From a bacterium (GTDB lineage: Bacteria; Hinthialibacterota; Hinthialibacteria; Hinthialibacterales; Hinthialibacteraceae), in contig CAXXSM010000130.1 of NCBI GenBank assembly GCA_963663405.2, positions 117,027 through 181,026 of the forward strand: a stretch of DNA of 64,000 nucleotides. Reading direction: 5' to 3'. Positions 20,880 to 31,989 of the stretch are shown piece by piece. The notes under the pieces were generated by a model, which saw only the letters and a list, made by a program, of their open reading frames with translations, had not been told where the DNA came from and ran no database searches. Every line of letters starts with the position of its first letter. The stretch's first letter is position 1. The position numbers and the translations under genes are program-made.

Positions 20880-21883
20880 ATGCGTGGATTTCGACCCTTT
20901 TTCTTATTCAATGCGGCGCTCGTTTGCTTATTTCCGCTAGGAGAAACAACAGCGAATGCGGCGGATGAGCCTGTGATGAAGTTTGCGGATACATCAAAAG
21001 GCCGGCCGTTTTCCAAAGATCCCGCTGTGGTCCATTACAAGGGGAAATACTGGATGTATTATTCGCTGCCTCCCTTCGGCGATGGACGTGATGATGATGG
21101 ATGGAGCATTGGAATCTCTACAAGTGATGACCTTGTGTCGTGGTCAAAAGCCGGTGATCTTTTTGGTCAAAAAGGCGGGTGTGAAAAAAAGGGAATCGCG
21201 GCGCCGGGCGCGATTGTGCTAAATGATCAAATTCATCTCTTTTACCAAACCTATGGGAACGGCCGGAACGACGCGATCTGTCACGCTGTCTCGGAGGATG
21301 GGATTCATTTTACACGCAATTCAACAAATCCCATCTTTGCGCCAACGGGATCGTGGAACGCGGGGCGGGCGATCGACGCGGATGTGATCGCGCATGACGG
21401 CAAACTGTTTCTCTATTTCGCGACGCGTGATCCTGCGATGAAAATCCAGATGCTGGGCGTTGCTACCGCTCCGTTGGATTCGGATTTTTCCCGTGAATGT
21501 TGGACCCAACGTTGTGACGCTCCGATTTTGAAACCGGAACTTCCATGGGAACAAACTTGTATTGAAGCGGCGGCGGTCTGTAAAAAGAACGATCGGTTGT
21601 TCATGTTCTACGCCGGCGCGTATAATAACCGTCCACAGCAGATCGGCTGCGCGGTCAGCCGGGACGGGTTTTTCTTGGAAACGGTTGTCTGATTCCCCCA
21701 ATTCTTCCTAATGGTAAACCCGGCGAATGGAACGCCAGTGAATCGGGTCATCCTTACGCCTTTACGGATCGGGATGGAACAACATATCTCTTTTTCCAAG
21801 GGAACAATGATAATGGGAAAACATGGTATATCTCGAAGAAGAAAGTGCAATGGAAAGACAACCGGCCGTATTTTGACGAATGA
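20880..21883 (+). CDS. Secreted five-bladed beta-propeller glycoside hydrolase (GH43/GH117-like), C-terminal frameshift
   Basis: Signal peptide; SKDPAV, AAPGA, AIDADV, IEAAAV, SGHP blade motifs. Confidence 0.85.
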
Positions 21884-21936
21884 TTGCGCATAAGGATAGT
21901 GTTTCTTGAAATTGAAAAACTGTCTTGTTTATACAC

Positions 21937-22842
21937 TTAATCCGTTCTGCAGCCATTCATAAAAAAATCTGGATCGTCCACGGAATAACTTTCCCTTCCT
22001 AAATGAGTCGTATTTTCCTTCATCCAATTTTGAAATGATGTCAATTCTTGTCTCGCGAAGCAGCCGTTTAATTTTGGGCATCGTTTGTGCGGGTATTGAC
22101 GTTAGGACATAAACCGGCGTCTCCATCCCATAGGTAATCGGGGATGATCCGGATCGATCTCGCGTGGATGGATATAGTAAATCACAGGACGGTTCTCTTG
22201 GTTTACCCGTTTTGCCATACGCTTGATAATTGAATAGGGGAAAAGCCGCAGATAGCCTCCTCCAAAAAAACATATACGCTGGTTAAACAAGCGGACGACG
22301 GAAAGTGGAAATTCTTGGATCGAGCCTTGTGTGGATTGAATTCGATATGGAGATATTACCGCGTCAGCGATGCCGCCGTGTTCCCGGAACGCAGGAAAGA
22401 TCGAAGAATCATATTGGTATCCCGCATCAACTAGTTCTTCAAAAACCCACATCGTATCTTTAATGATCGAAAATCCGGGGGCTCGATATCCCGTTACGGC
22501 CTGCCCTGAAATCGACTCAAGGATCTCTTTGGTTCTTGAGATATCATCCGCAAACGCCTGCCGGCTTTGTTTAAAGATCAATTCATGCGCGTATCCATGC
22601 GAGGCGATTTCATGGCCTTTTTCATATGCTATTTCAACGAGTTCAGGAAATCGTTCCGCTACCCAGCCAAGAAAAAAGCAGGTGACTTTTACTCCCGTTT
22701 GATCGAATTCGTGAAGGAGAGTGTGAAAATTCTTTTTTACATGGGATTCTAACTGATTCCATTCGCTGCATTTCGGTGTAGAGGGCACATCAAGAATATT
22801 AAACCAGTCTTCCACATCCACGGATAAAATGTTCTTCATCAC
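21937..22842 (-). CDS. Polysaccharide deacetylase (CE4 with DUF3473-type C-terminus), 3' end frameshifted
   Basis: SVDVEDW, GHEIASHG..H, GYRAPGFS, YDSS, GGGYLRL, YIHP.EID. Confidence 0.9.
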
Positions 22843-22851
22843 TTTTTCCTA

Positions 22852-23492
22852 TTACATAGTCAAAGTCACGTAAAAATCTCGATGGATCCGTTCAATGGTG
22901 TGTTCACAGGATGGGAATCGAATCAACAAATCGCGCAATTGTTGGTTACGGTATAGAAAGAGTGGACAAACGTTTCCGGTAGCGAATTTTTCTTTGAAGA
23001 GCCCAAGATTCCGCCTGCGGCGGGGAAAACTGAAAAGCGCTTTTTTCTTTGGTCAATCCGATGACTTTTTTAATGAACGCTTTAGGATCTTCGATGTAAT
23101 CCATGACGCCCATAACAATGGAAAAATCGAATGGTTCGGGAGAGGTATATTGAAAGAGGTCTTCAACGAGAAACTGACACCGGCCGGTCAGTTTGCAATG
23201 AAGAGGCTTTCGCTTTGGCTCGTTCGATCATCGCTTCCGCGAAGTCCAGGCCGACTACTTTACGCGCGCCTTGTTCCGCGAGGGCAAGAGAATAGTGTCC
23301 TGGACCACAGCCGATATCCAAAACGGTTTTCTCTTCGATGGGTTGACAATTGAGAATCGTTTTTTCAAAGCGCTCCCGCATACTGGCGCGAAAAATAGGA
23401 TTCAACAGTTTATGGAATAGGGATTGCCGCGTTCCATAAAGAGCGTCAAAATCATCCGCATAACCATCAAAAAAGTGTTTGACCGTATTCAT
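22852..23492 (-). CDS. Class I SAM-dependent methyltransferase (frameshifted)
   Basis: VLDIGCGPG, GLDFAEAM; continues out of frame to ...MGVMDYI...RDFYVTLTM. Confidence 0.8.
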
Positions 23493-23646
23493 TGGAGCCT
23501 TATAGATTGCATGGTTCCGCCGCAAAATTCATACATTGGAGAGCGGATAGATTATACATATTAAAAATGGTTGTGCTAGTGGAAGAATGGTTATTAAGGT
23601 TGCGCTAAATTCCGATGGATAGAAGTTTATGAATTAAATAACACAT

Positions 23647-23686
23647 GCAAAAAAGCCGCACTCGAATGAGTACGGCTTTTTTTGCA
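23647..23686 (-). terminator. Intrinsic terminator AAAAAAGCCGCACTC-GAAT-GAGTACGGCTTTTTT
   Basis: Inverted repeat with A/T tracts, just downstream of the 23704 stop. Confidence 0.8.
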
Positions 23687-23703
23687 TGTAGTTTACTTGA
23701 CTG

Positions 23704-24474
23704 TCAGTTGACGTACTGCGGCGCCGTTTGGTTTTGGCTTCCGTTTTTGTCTTTCCGGTTTTTGGAGGTGTCAATCTTCCCATAGGGAACATCCAAGTAC
23801 GCGGATGCGATGAACACGTCATCCTTTGAGAATCCCAGCGCTTCATAGGGAGGTTCGAAGGATTTCCAGCGTTTCATCGACGGTGCGCCGGTTGGGGAAT
23901 ATATCTTCCTGTTGCAAGCAGAGTGAGATGAGATACTGCTTGTCTAGAACATATCCCTCGACAACAAACATTTCGGCGATACCCAGCAGTGCGGTTGCGG
24001 GTGGACGGCGTCCTCTTCACACATGACCGCTTCCCGCAGGGGGCGGAGAATACGGAGACGCCCTTCCTCCGTTTCCGGATCGCTTTTGCGGGCGATATCG
24101 GCGTCGGTGGAATCCCGCGCTTGCTGCATGAGATATTGCAAATCCCTTTCCGTTAACGGTTGGCGGCGCCGGGCTGTCCGTTCCATGGCCATTTCAGTCG
24201 CGCGGCGCAAAAGGACCGGGCTGATTCGCTGGCCGTGCGTGCGCCGGTAGAGAAGACGGTACTGTTTGGTGACAGCGCGCATGTAATCCATCGCCTCATT
24301 CAATGTAATGCCCGGTTGACGCTGTACGAACCGCCGGGCGGTTTCGGGAACAATGCCCCATTCTTGAACGAGATGATTTTCAATCACTTCACGACAATTT
24401 GTTGATGTTGGATTGGTACCTCTTTCCATTGACTCCATAGATATTCTGACTCTCTTCTGTTTTCCATCATTCAA
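23704..24474 (-). CDS. Hypothetical helical protein (frameshifted)
   Basis: ORF 23944..24474 continues in other frames (...LLGIAEMFVVEGYVLDKQYLISL...APQYVN*). Confidence 0.6.
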
Positions 24475-24695
24475 AGGCGAATTTAAACAGTGGAAAACCG
24501 AAGGCTCTCCTTTCTAATCCCGGTATGGAACCGGGAAAACAAAATATAAAGCATGACTTCAATAAAACAGAACTTCGCTTGTCCTTCTCAGACGCGCCAG
24601 TAACTACCGGCTTTGCGCCGTAAACTCCCCTATCCAAGATGGACGTTTCCTAACCTACATCTCATCACGTCGTGAATCGGGATTGGATCGTCAAT

Positions 24696-25184
24696 TCAGG
24701 GGATTTGAAGATAGCCCTCTAAATTATGGCGCCAAACTTCCACAGCGCTGAAACAATCCAATAAGGATTCCGCTACAAGCGCAACAGATCGCTTTACCCC
24801 TTTTGTTTTAATTGGGTCTGTGGCAGGATCGAGCCGGGCGGTCAGCCGGTTTGTATCCGGATTGATGGAAAGCCGTATGTAGAATGATTGTGGGTGTCCT
24901 TCTTCAACCACAATCGCTGGAAGTATCGATCGGTGTTTGTTTCGTTCTAGATACAGTTCCTCAATCTTGATTGACCACCCCTGCTTTTCTTCATACAGGG
25001 GCATAAATACTCGAAAAAAATCGTCCAACGAGAGATCGCCCCTCAAGACCACATGTGGCCAATTCACCGCGCCTTTCAACATACACAAAATAACTACTAA
25101 CTTCGACGTAAAAACCGACTCTCTGCGCCTCACAGTGTCTACGATATCCCTCGCGAAACGTACAAGAAAAGCAGGGCGGATCAT
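24696..25184 (-). CDS. Hypothetical protein
   Basis: ORF with protein-like composition (WPHVVL...RLDPATDPIKTKGVKRSVA); start uncertain. Confidence 0.7.
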   Translation of the reverse strand: MIRPAFLVRFARDIVDTVRRRESVFTSKLVVILCMLKGAVNWPHVVLRGDLSLDDFFRVFMPLYEEKQGWSIKIEELYLERNKHRSILPAIVVEEGHPQSFYIRLSINPDTNRLTARLDPATDPIKTKGVKRSVALVAESLLDCFSAVEVWRHNLEGYLQIP

Positions 25185-25876
25185 ACCCTTTTCTAAGCCC
25201 TGCTTGCGATTCCGCGCGGATCGTTTGAGGACAGGACTGTAAGTGTTAAAAAAGTGTGAATCTTACGTCGATATCTTAGTCTATACAAATTGCGGGATAC
25301 GTCAAGAGGTTTTTTTTAAAATTGACAAAAAACCCATCAAAGGGTGTATCATATATTTACTTAAATAATATTAATTGAAATATTACTTTGTATGATTATT
25401 TTTTGAATTTATAGGTTAAATCAATTATGAATCGCGTGTGTTTTTTTGAGAAAACAACTTGTATATCTTGTATAGTCTATTTTTACAGATCTATCTATCT
25501 TGAGTGATACAACTCTATCATTGTTTTGTGATGTTTCATAATTCTTTTTCATACTGTATCGGGTTATTTTTCCTATTGGAATTACGAATTGAGTAGTGAA
25601 GAGGGATTGATTTTACTAGTCTTAGAGTGATGAGAGAGTATACCCTATCAAATCAATCATGGTCTCTTATTTTTTTAATAAATGAATAATTTTCAATTAC
25701 TTATAAGATTTCTTCCGCTCCTGTTCTCAAGGAATCGCAGAGGTCGACGTGACGATTTGTGATTGGGTACTCTCATCATTTTAAACGGCTTACTCGCTAT
25801 CGTTCCTTTTATAGAGTAGAATCATAAATATAAGGTTTTTTATATTGTAAAGTTATGTTCTACAACTATTTTTGTT

Positions 25877-26677
25877 ATGGAAAAAAAACGAGTATATATC
25901 GAGTGTGTACGGTCCTGTTTATTCGTGGCGTGTGGGGATATCTCTTGGGGTTGATCTGATTATGGAGACCTCCATTTGTTCGTTTAATTGCGTCTACTGT
26001 CAGCTGGGTCAGATCCAGCGGGTGACGAATGAAGAACGGGTGTTTGTTCCTACGGAACGCGTGTTGCGGGATTTTGCCTCTTCCCCGCTGGAAAGAGGCG
26101 GATATTATTACTTATAGTGGTTGTGGAGAACCGGTGTTGGCTTCGAATCTGGGGGAAGTGGCGCGGGGAATTGCAGCGCTTACATCAATTCCTCAATTAG
26201 TTTTGACGAATGGGAGCCGGTTGGGCGATCCCACCGCGCGGAAGAACTTGCAAGAAGTTGATCGAGTTTTTGTGAAGTTGGACGCGTCGACTGAAGAGCA
26301 ATTCCAGCGAATCAACCGGCCCGCGCCGGGAATCTCTCTTTGTGGAATCGTCGAAGGGACGAAACAATTCCGCAAGAATATAGTGGATTTCTTGGATACA
26401 GATGATGTTTCTGCCCGGTCAATCCTGCGACTTGGAGAGTCTTGCAAAGATTCTTCTCGAAATTCAACCGGATGAAGTCCAATTGAACACCCCTACGCGG
26501 CCCTATCCAAAAGAGTGGCATTATTCCTCCCGTGGAGGACATTCGAAAGAGTTGAGGCAGTATGAATCGACACCCCTTCGCCCAATCTCGCATGAACAGG
26601 CGGCCGCATGGGAAGAACGCCTGAAAGAATTAACGGGGCTGCGGATGATATCGGTGTATGAACGGAAGAAGGTTTAA
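25877..26677 (+). CDS. Radical SAM protein (COG0731/TYW1-like family), frameshifted
   Basis: YGPV.SWRVG.SLGVD, CSFNCVYC, YSG.GEP, LTNGS, VKLDA, QLNTPTRP. Confidence 0.88.
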
Positions 26678-26750
26678 TCGTTCAGCTGGTTTTTGTTTTC
26701 CATCAATAAATTAATGAAAAAATTAATGAAAAAAACCAATCCCCACATCA

Positions 26751-27696
26751 TTGAAATCGGTTCAAACCAATCCTGTGATCGCTGCGATGGGATTGATCTG
26801 TCTGGATGTATACAACGCGAATGACGGGCGGCCTCCAATTTTATCTTCTGGCGGTTGTGTCAATACGCTGATTATCTTGAGAGAACGCGGCTGGGAGGTG
26901 ATTCCCGCCGCTTTGATTGGATCTGACCGGGCTGGATCGTATGTGATGAAGGATCTGCATTCCTGGAACATCGATACACGTTATGTTATTCAAAAAGAGG
27001 ATGTGTCGACGCCCATTTATCAGCTGGTCCATACTGACAACGGGCATACCTATCGCAAACACTGTCCGGAGTGTAGGAATCCATTTCCCGCGTATACGCC
27101 CTTGGCGCCCTTAGATGGTCTCTCCCTTGCGAATTTGTTGCCCAAGTCCACCTCTTTTTATTACTTTGATAAAGCGGCGCCGGCGGCGATTCTGCTGGCG
27201 CGTCATTTGAAAGAGCGGGGCGTTATTATCGTGTTTGAGCCGAATCGGATTGAAGATGAATTTCTCTTTTTTGAAAGCGTTACCACCGCCGATGTGATGA
27301 AATACTCAAGCGAACGCCGCACGGGGATTCATTCCTTTACGGATCATAAAAAACCACCACTCGAAATCGAAACCGCTGGGAGCGAGGGATTGAATTACCG
27401 TGTATCCATTAATAAGAGACAAAGCGAATGGCGGACGCTTCCACCGGCGCCGGTCTCAGATTTTAAAGACGCGGCGGGTGGAGGGGATTGGCTGACCGCT
27501 TCGCTGATTGACTCGATTTATCAGCATGGTGATTTTAGGGCGTTGCTAAGAGACCGAGAACAGTTGGAAAACGCTCTTATCGCAGGCCAAAAAGAATCGG
27601 CTTACAATTGCGCTTTCATTGGAGCGCGGGGGATCGATGTATGTGAATCGTCCTGTGCTGTGTGGGGATGATTATTGCCCGGTCTGCTATCCTTGA
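26751..27696 (+). CDS. PfkB-family carbohydrate kinase with CxxC insertions
   Basis: IGSDRAG, DAAGGGDW (PfkB signature-2-like); CPEC insert; frameshifted C-terminus reads CPVCYP*. Confidence 0.85.
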
Positions 27697-27727
27697 TTTT
27701 TCGGCTCATTACAATTGTTGCGTAAGA

Positions 27728-30700
27728 TTATAAGTTGACTTCGTATGTAATAAACAGAATTTCACCAGCTCGATTGGTGTGCGTTTCTTCTTTCCCGCCA
27801 GGATAAAGCCGGCGTAAATCGTCGATGTACCGTTTATTGTTGCGGATTAAGACGAATGATACCGGTCCCCGTCGATCGACGCGTTTTCCCCAATATTGTT
27901 TTCGCATTAATGATATCTTTCCCTTTTAAGTCAGGCGCCATGAATCGAATGTTTTGATAATTTATGTGAAAATAAGGAGAGCCAAGGAAGAATACAAAAT
28001 GGCTTGAACTGATCTGTTGTAAGTATCGGGCGGCTCGTGTTGAATCCTCCATCTGCTGTGGTTCCTGCATAATTTTATTGAAATATCGATCAATACTGAA
28101 CGCGGAAATCAACAGCGTAAGAAACACCGTCAAAAAGAATCGCATAGTGGATGGCCATTGTCCTACACGAACAATTTGCCGAATCCCCGCATGCAGGATA
28201 GGCGCGGCGATGAAAAATAAGAGAGGAACAAGGCCTGTCAATCGTTGATAGGGAGGGGAACTGATTGTCATAGCGCTCCCCGTGAGTAGTGTTAACACTA
28301 CCCAGGCTAGAAGCAGCGACGCGGTTGGACGCCAAAAGGCAGCGAGTAAAAAAAGAACACCTGTGGAAAAGAGCGTAGCGGGAATTGGATCCAACAAGCC
28401 TCCATATTTATTATTGACATAGAAGGGACTTTTATCAGGATAGGAAACGGTTGCGATCACTGATTTATTCAATTGTCTCGCTATGACGGACGTGAGAGGT
28501 AGGTTCTCTGGATGTTCTCCGCGGATTAACTTCCGTCCATGCTCGGAAAGAATGCTGACCGTATTCATTCGTGAGTACGTTTTATCGGGGAAAAAGAAAT
28601 AATTTCCAACCAATGGAGACGCTGAGATCCAAAAAGATACGATACATAGTATCCCATATTGAAAAGCACGGTTAAAACGGAGCAGTCGAATGATCCAAGC
28701 GAGAAGAATTGAGATGAGTAGCAGCGGAAGTAAGAGTTTCCCCGCTTGATAGGATAAAAAACCCAATCCACTAATAAATCCCGCCGCGCAGATATACTGT
28801 GTTTTCCCATCTTGTATGGCTTTAACAAAACAGAATAAGACAATGACTGTTAAAAGGGTAGTTTGATTATATCCTGTACCCAACCGCGAGAAATGGATCA
28901 TATAGGAAGAACAGACAAACATATACGCCGCGATCGCAGCGGTTGTGGGACGCATGAGACGCTTGCCTAATAAATAAAAAAATGGAATCGCAATGATTGT
29001 ATAGAGAGCCCCGGCTAAGCGTATTCCAGTGATTGTGTCACCAACGATGTACATTACTGAAGCGGGTAAAAGAAAAAAGAAATTAGGAATATCAAACCAA
29101 CTGGGAGTGAAAATATTGAAATTTCCCGCGTTTCTTAGTTTGAGCGCGTGTAAGGCCACATTTCCTTCGTCACCGTTCACATCCGTTGGAATGTAAGCCG
29201 CTTGAATGGTATATAAGAATATAGAGGCGATAACAAGGATGAAAACGGCTGAATTGGCGCACGCTTCTGCACTTGTGTTTTCCGAGTCATTCTCTTCTGT
29301 ATCTATTAGTGTTTTTTTATCAATTAAAAACGGTAGAGCGAATGAATGTGTGCCAAAACGGATTTCAGTCCATGAAAATTGATCCAAGGCAGTTCGTGGG
29401 GAACACTTGGAAAATAGGCAGTATACACCAACTAACCAAATTCCCATCGGCACATACCAGGGGAGAATGAATCCGAACGGAGTGGTAGCTTGGTGATAGT
29501 ATTGCGCCACAGCCGCGGCGATGGGCCAGACCAGCAGGAAGATGAATCGATAAATTGAAAATGGAAATCTTGTGTTTTCTTCCTTGCTCTTCCATTGTTC
29601 TTTCTTATGTATCACTACTTTGGCTTGTCGGTATGATAGTAAAAAGAGGATAAAAACACCCAATGCAAATTCCCCGTCAGGTTGGTAGGGAGGGGAGGAT
29701 GCGGTTTTTGCGATTGAACTCGTCAATGCAGATAACAAAATAATAAAAGCAGTTAAAACAATATACCCAACCGCAATGGTTTTGGATCGGAACGCGCCAA
29801 ATCCTATTCCAAAAAGCCACAAAAATAATGACACCCCAAACAGAATGAGAGTGACATGGTTCTGGATGAGAGAAACTGCGTATGCTATCAGTGATATCTG
29901 GCTCTTTGTTGCGGTCTCTTTTTTTGTGACGGAAGGTTGTGAGGCAGGGGGTGGTTGCATTGTGGGGCTGGGATGAAACCTATTTTGGATGGCGCAAAGA
30001 TAGAGGCCGGGAGGATCAAGGAACACGGCTGAACGTATGTAATTTAGATGATTGCGTATTTCTTCTATACCGCCTTCCGGCGTGATTTGTTTAAGAGATT
30101 GGTTGTCACTGTCCGTAAAGAGAACGGCTCCGTTCGGTCGTAATGTCAGTTTCCGAGGATGATTGAGTCCTGTATAGGCTTTTATACATTCTCCCTTTGG
30201 ATTGATGTCAAGGATGCGGTGATGGTCGAAATCCGTGATGAGAGTGTGACCGTTAGAAAGACGCAACGCGTCCAGCGGTTGTAAAAGATCCTTATCGTAC
30301 CGCCATACTTCGACTCGATTTTGGGTGATCTCAATCACGGCGCCCGCTGAAGCGTCGCAAACGAGAAGATTACCATTCGGCAGCACATCCGCGTCGGTGG
30401 GGCCAATAAAGGGGTGAGTGATAATTGTTCTCCTGCCGGTTTGTTGATTGTAGAAAAAAACTTGTTTTCTTTCCCTTGATGTCAATAAGTATTCATTGGA
30501 CGTAGGGAGGGCGTCCACATCATTGAGTGGACCAAGCCCGATACGGAAGAGAATGCTCCCGGCGATGTCGTACAGAAGGAATTCACCCCGCATGGTGACG
30601 ATCGCGATTTTGTTTTTTGTGGGGAGGATGTCAATATCGGCGGGAACGCCAGGAATGACGATAAACCGTTCTGGTTCCCCCGTATCGTTGAACAACAAAA

Positions 30701-30827
30701 TACCAGGTTTATCTGGCGTATCCTCCAGAAAAGTGAGAGTATCGGATTGAGTCGATCGGGGGATCAATCCGATGGATACCGTGATGATGGCGCCGATGAA
30801 AACGAATTTCGTTCTATTTTGCCACAT
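27728..30827 (-). CDS. GT-C (GT39/ArnT-like) glycosyltransferase with N-terminal beta-propeller; 3' frameshift
   Basis: Signal peptide, GP.DAD.LPNGN.L..D repeats, NGDEG, HFSRLG, YQAGK; out-of-frame tail ...LYPGGKEE...YEVNL*. Confidence 0.85.
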
Positions 30828-30876
30828 TTTTACAAATTACACTTACATCAATATAAGGGCAATTTAAAAGCAGCGA

Positions 30877-31880
30877 TTAAACCGGTTCTCCCAGCGCGAG
30901 CGCGTTTTCGCGGATGCGAGCGATATCGGTTGGATCGAGATCGATCGCGCCCGCTTTGGCGTTGTCCAGGGCTTGTTCTTCCGTGCGAGCTCCGCAGAGG
31001 GGCGTGTGTGACTCCTGGCTGGGAGACGGTCCAGGCGAGGATTAATTGAGCCAGGGTGCAATTGTATTTGTCTGTCAGGTCAGACCAGGACGCGAGCATA
31101 TCTAATATGCGTTTCCGGTTTTCCAGTTTGAACCAGGGATTCCAGTCGAGATTACTGCGCCATTCTTTTTCACCGAACGTGCGATCCATGCCGACTTTAC
31201 CAGTTAAAAGTCCTTGTTCGATCGGCATATACGCGAGCGTGGAGATCTTGTTTTCGATGCAAAATGGAAGGATCGTTTCCTCAATATTACGGAAGAGGAG
31301 GCTGTAGCGGGGTTGATTGGTGTCGACAACGCCGTGCGTTTCATATTCCTTGAGTTCATCGAGGCTGACATTTGATACGCCGATTGCTCGGATTTTTCCC
31401 GCGTCTTTTAGTTCCATTAAACAGCTCATTGTCTCTTGGATCGGTGTTTTTTCCGGCTCAACCGCGGGCCAGTGGACTTGGTAGAGATCGATCGTATCGA
31501 CACCAAGCCGCTCCAGGCTCATCTCCACTTCTTCGCGGATCGTATCCGGGCGCAGGGAGCGGTACATATCGCGGCCGTCAAACTCACAGAAAAACGAGCC
31601 GCGCTGGTCTTTTGTCCAAAGACCGCACTTGGTCGCGATGATGACTTGATCCCGCCTGCCTTGGATGGCTTTTCCGACGATGCGTTCGCTGCGGCCGAAT
31701 CCATACGCGGGCGCGGTGTCGATTAGGTTGATCCCCGCGTCGATGGGACGCTTGAATGGCGCGGATCGATTCGCTGTCGTCTACGTCTTTCCCCCAAACG
31801 GTTCCCCCGCCGGTCACCCATGTTCCCAGGCCGATGACAGACGCTTCCAAGCCGGATTTTCCTAATGGACGGTATTTCAT
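30877..31880 (-). CDS. Aldo/keto reductase (frameshifted)
   Basis: LGKSGLEASVIGLGTW, IDTAPAY, ATKCG, SLERLGVDTIDLYQVHWP, GKIRAIGVSN. Confidence 0.9.
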
Positions 31881-31989
31881 TGCTTTTCCTTTCTTTTATG
31901 TTTCGTTGTGGGAAGAGCTTGTTTCGATTGGATGGTGATGTCAAGGAATGGAGGAATCGGGATCGTGAGGAACGTTAGTGTTGACCGTT

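Noticed and set aside
24560-24690. c-di-GMP-I riboswitch (GCGCAAAGCC on - strand)
   Set aside because: Lacks the GGCAAAC/GAAA tetraloop P2 and receptor architecture
25200-25870. Operator-like TGATA...TATCA repeats or an origin in the AT-rich gap
   Set aside because: Matches are too short and irregularly spaced for AT-rich DNA; no DnaA-box cluster seen
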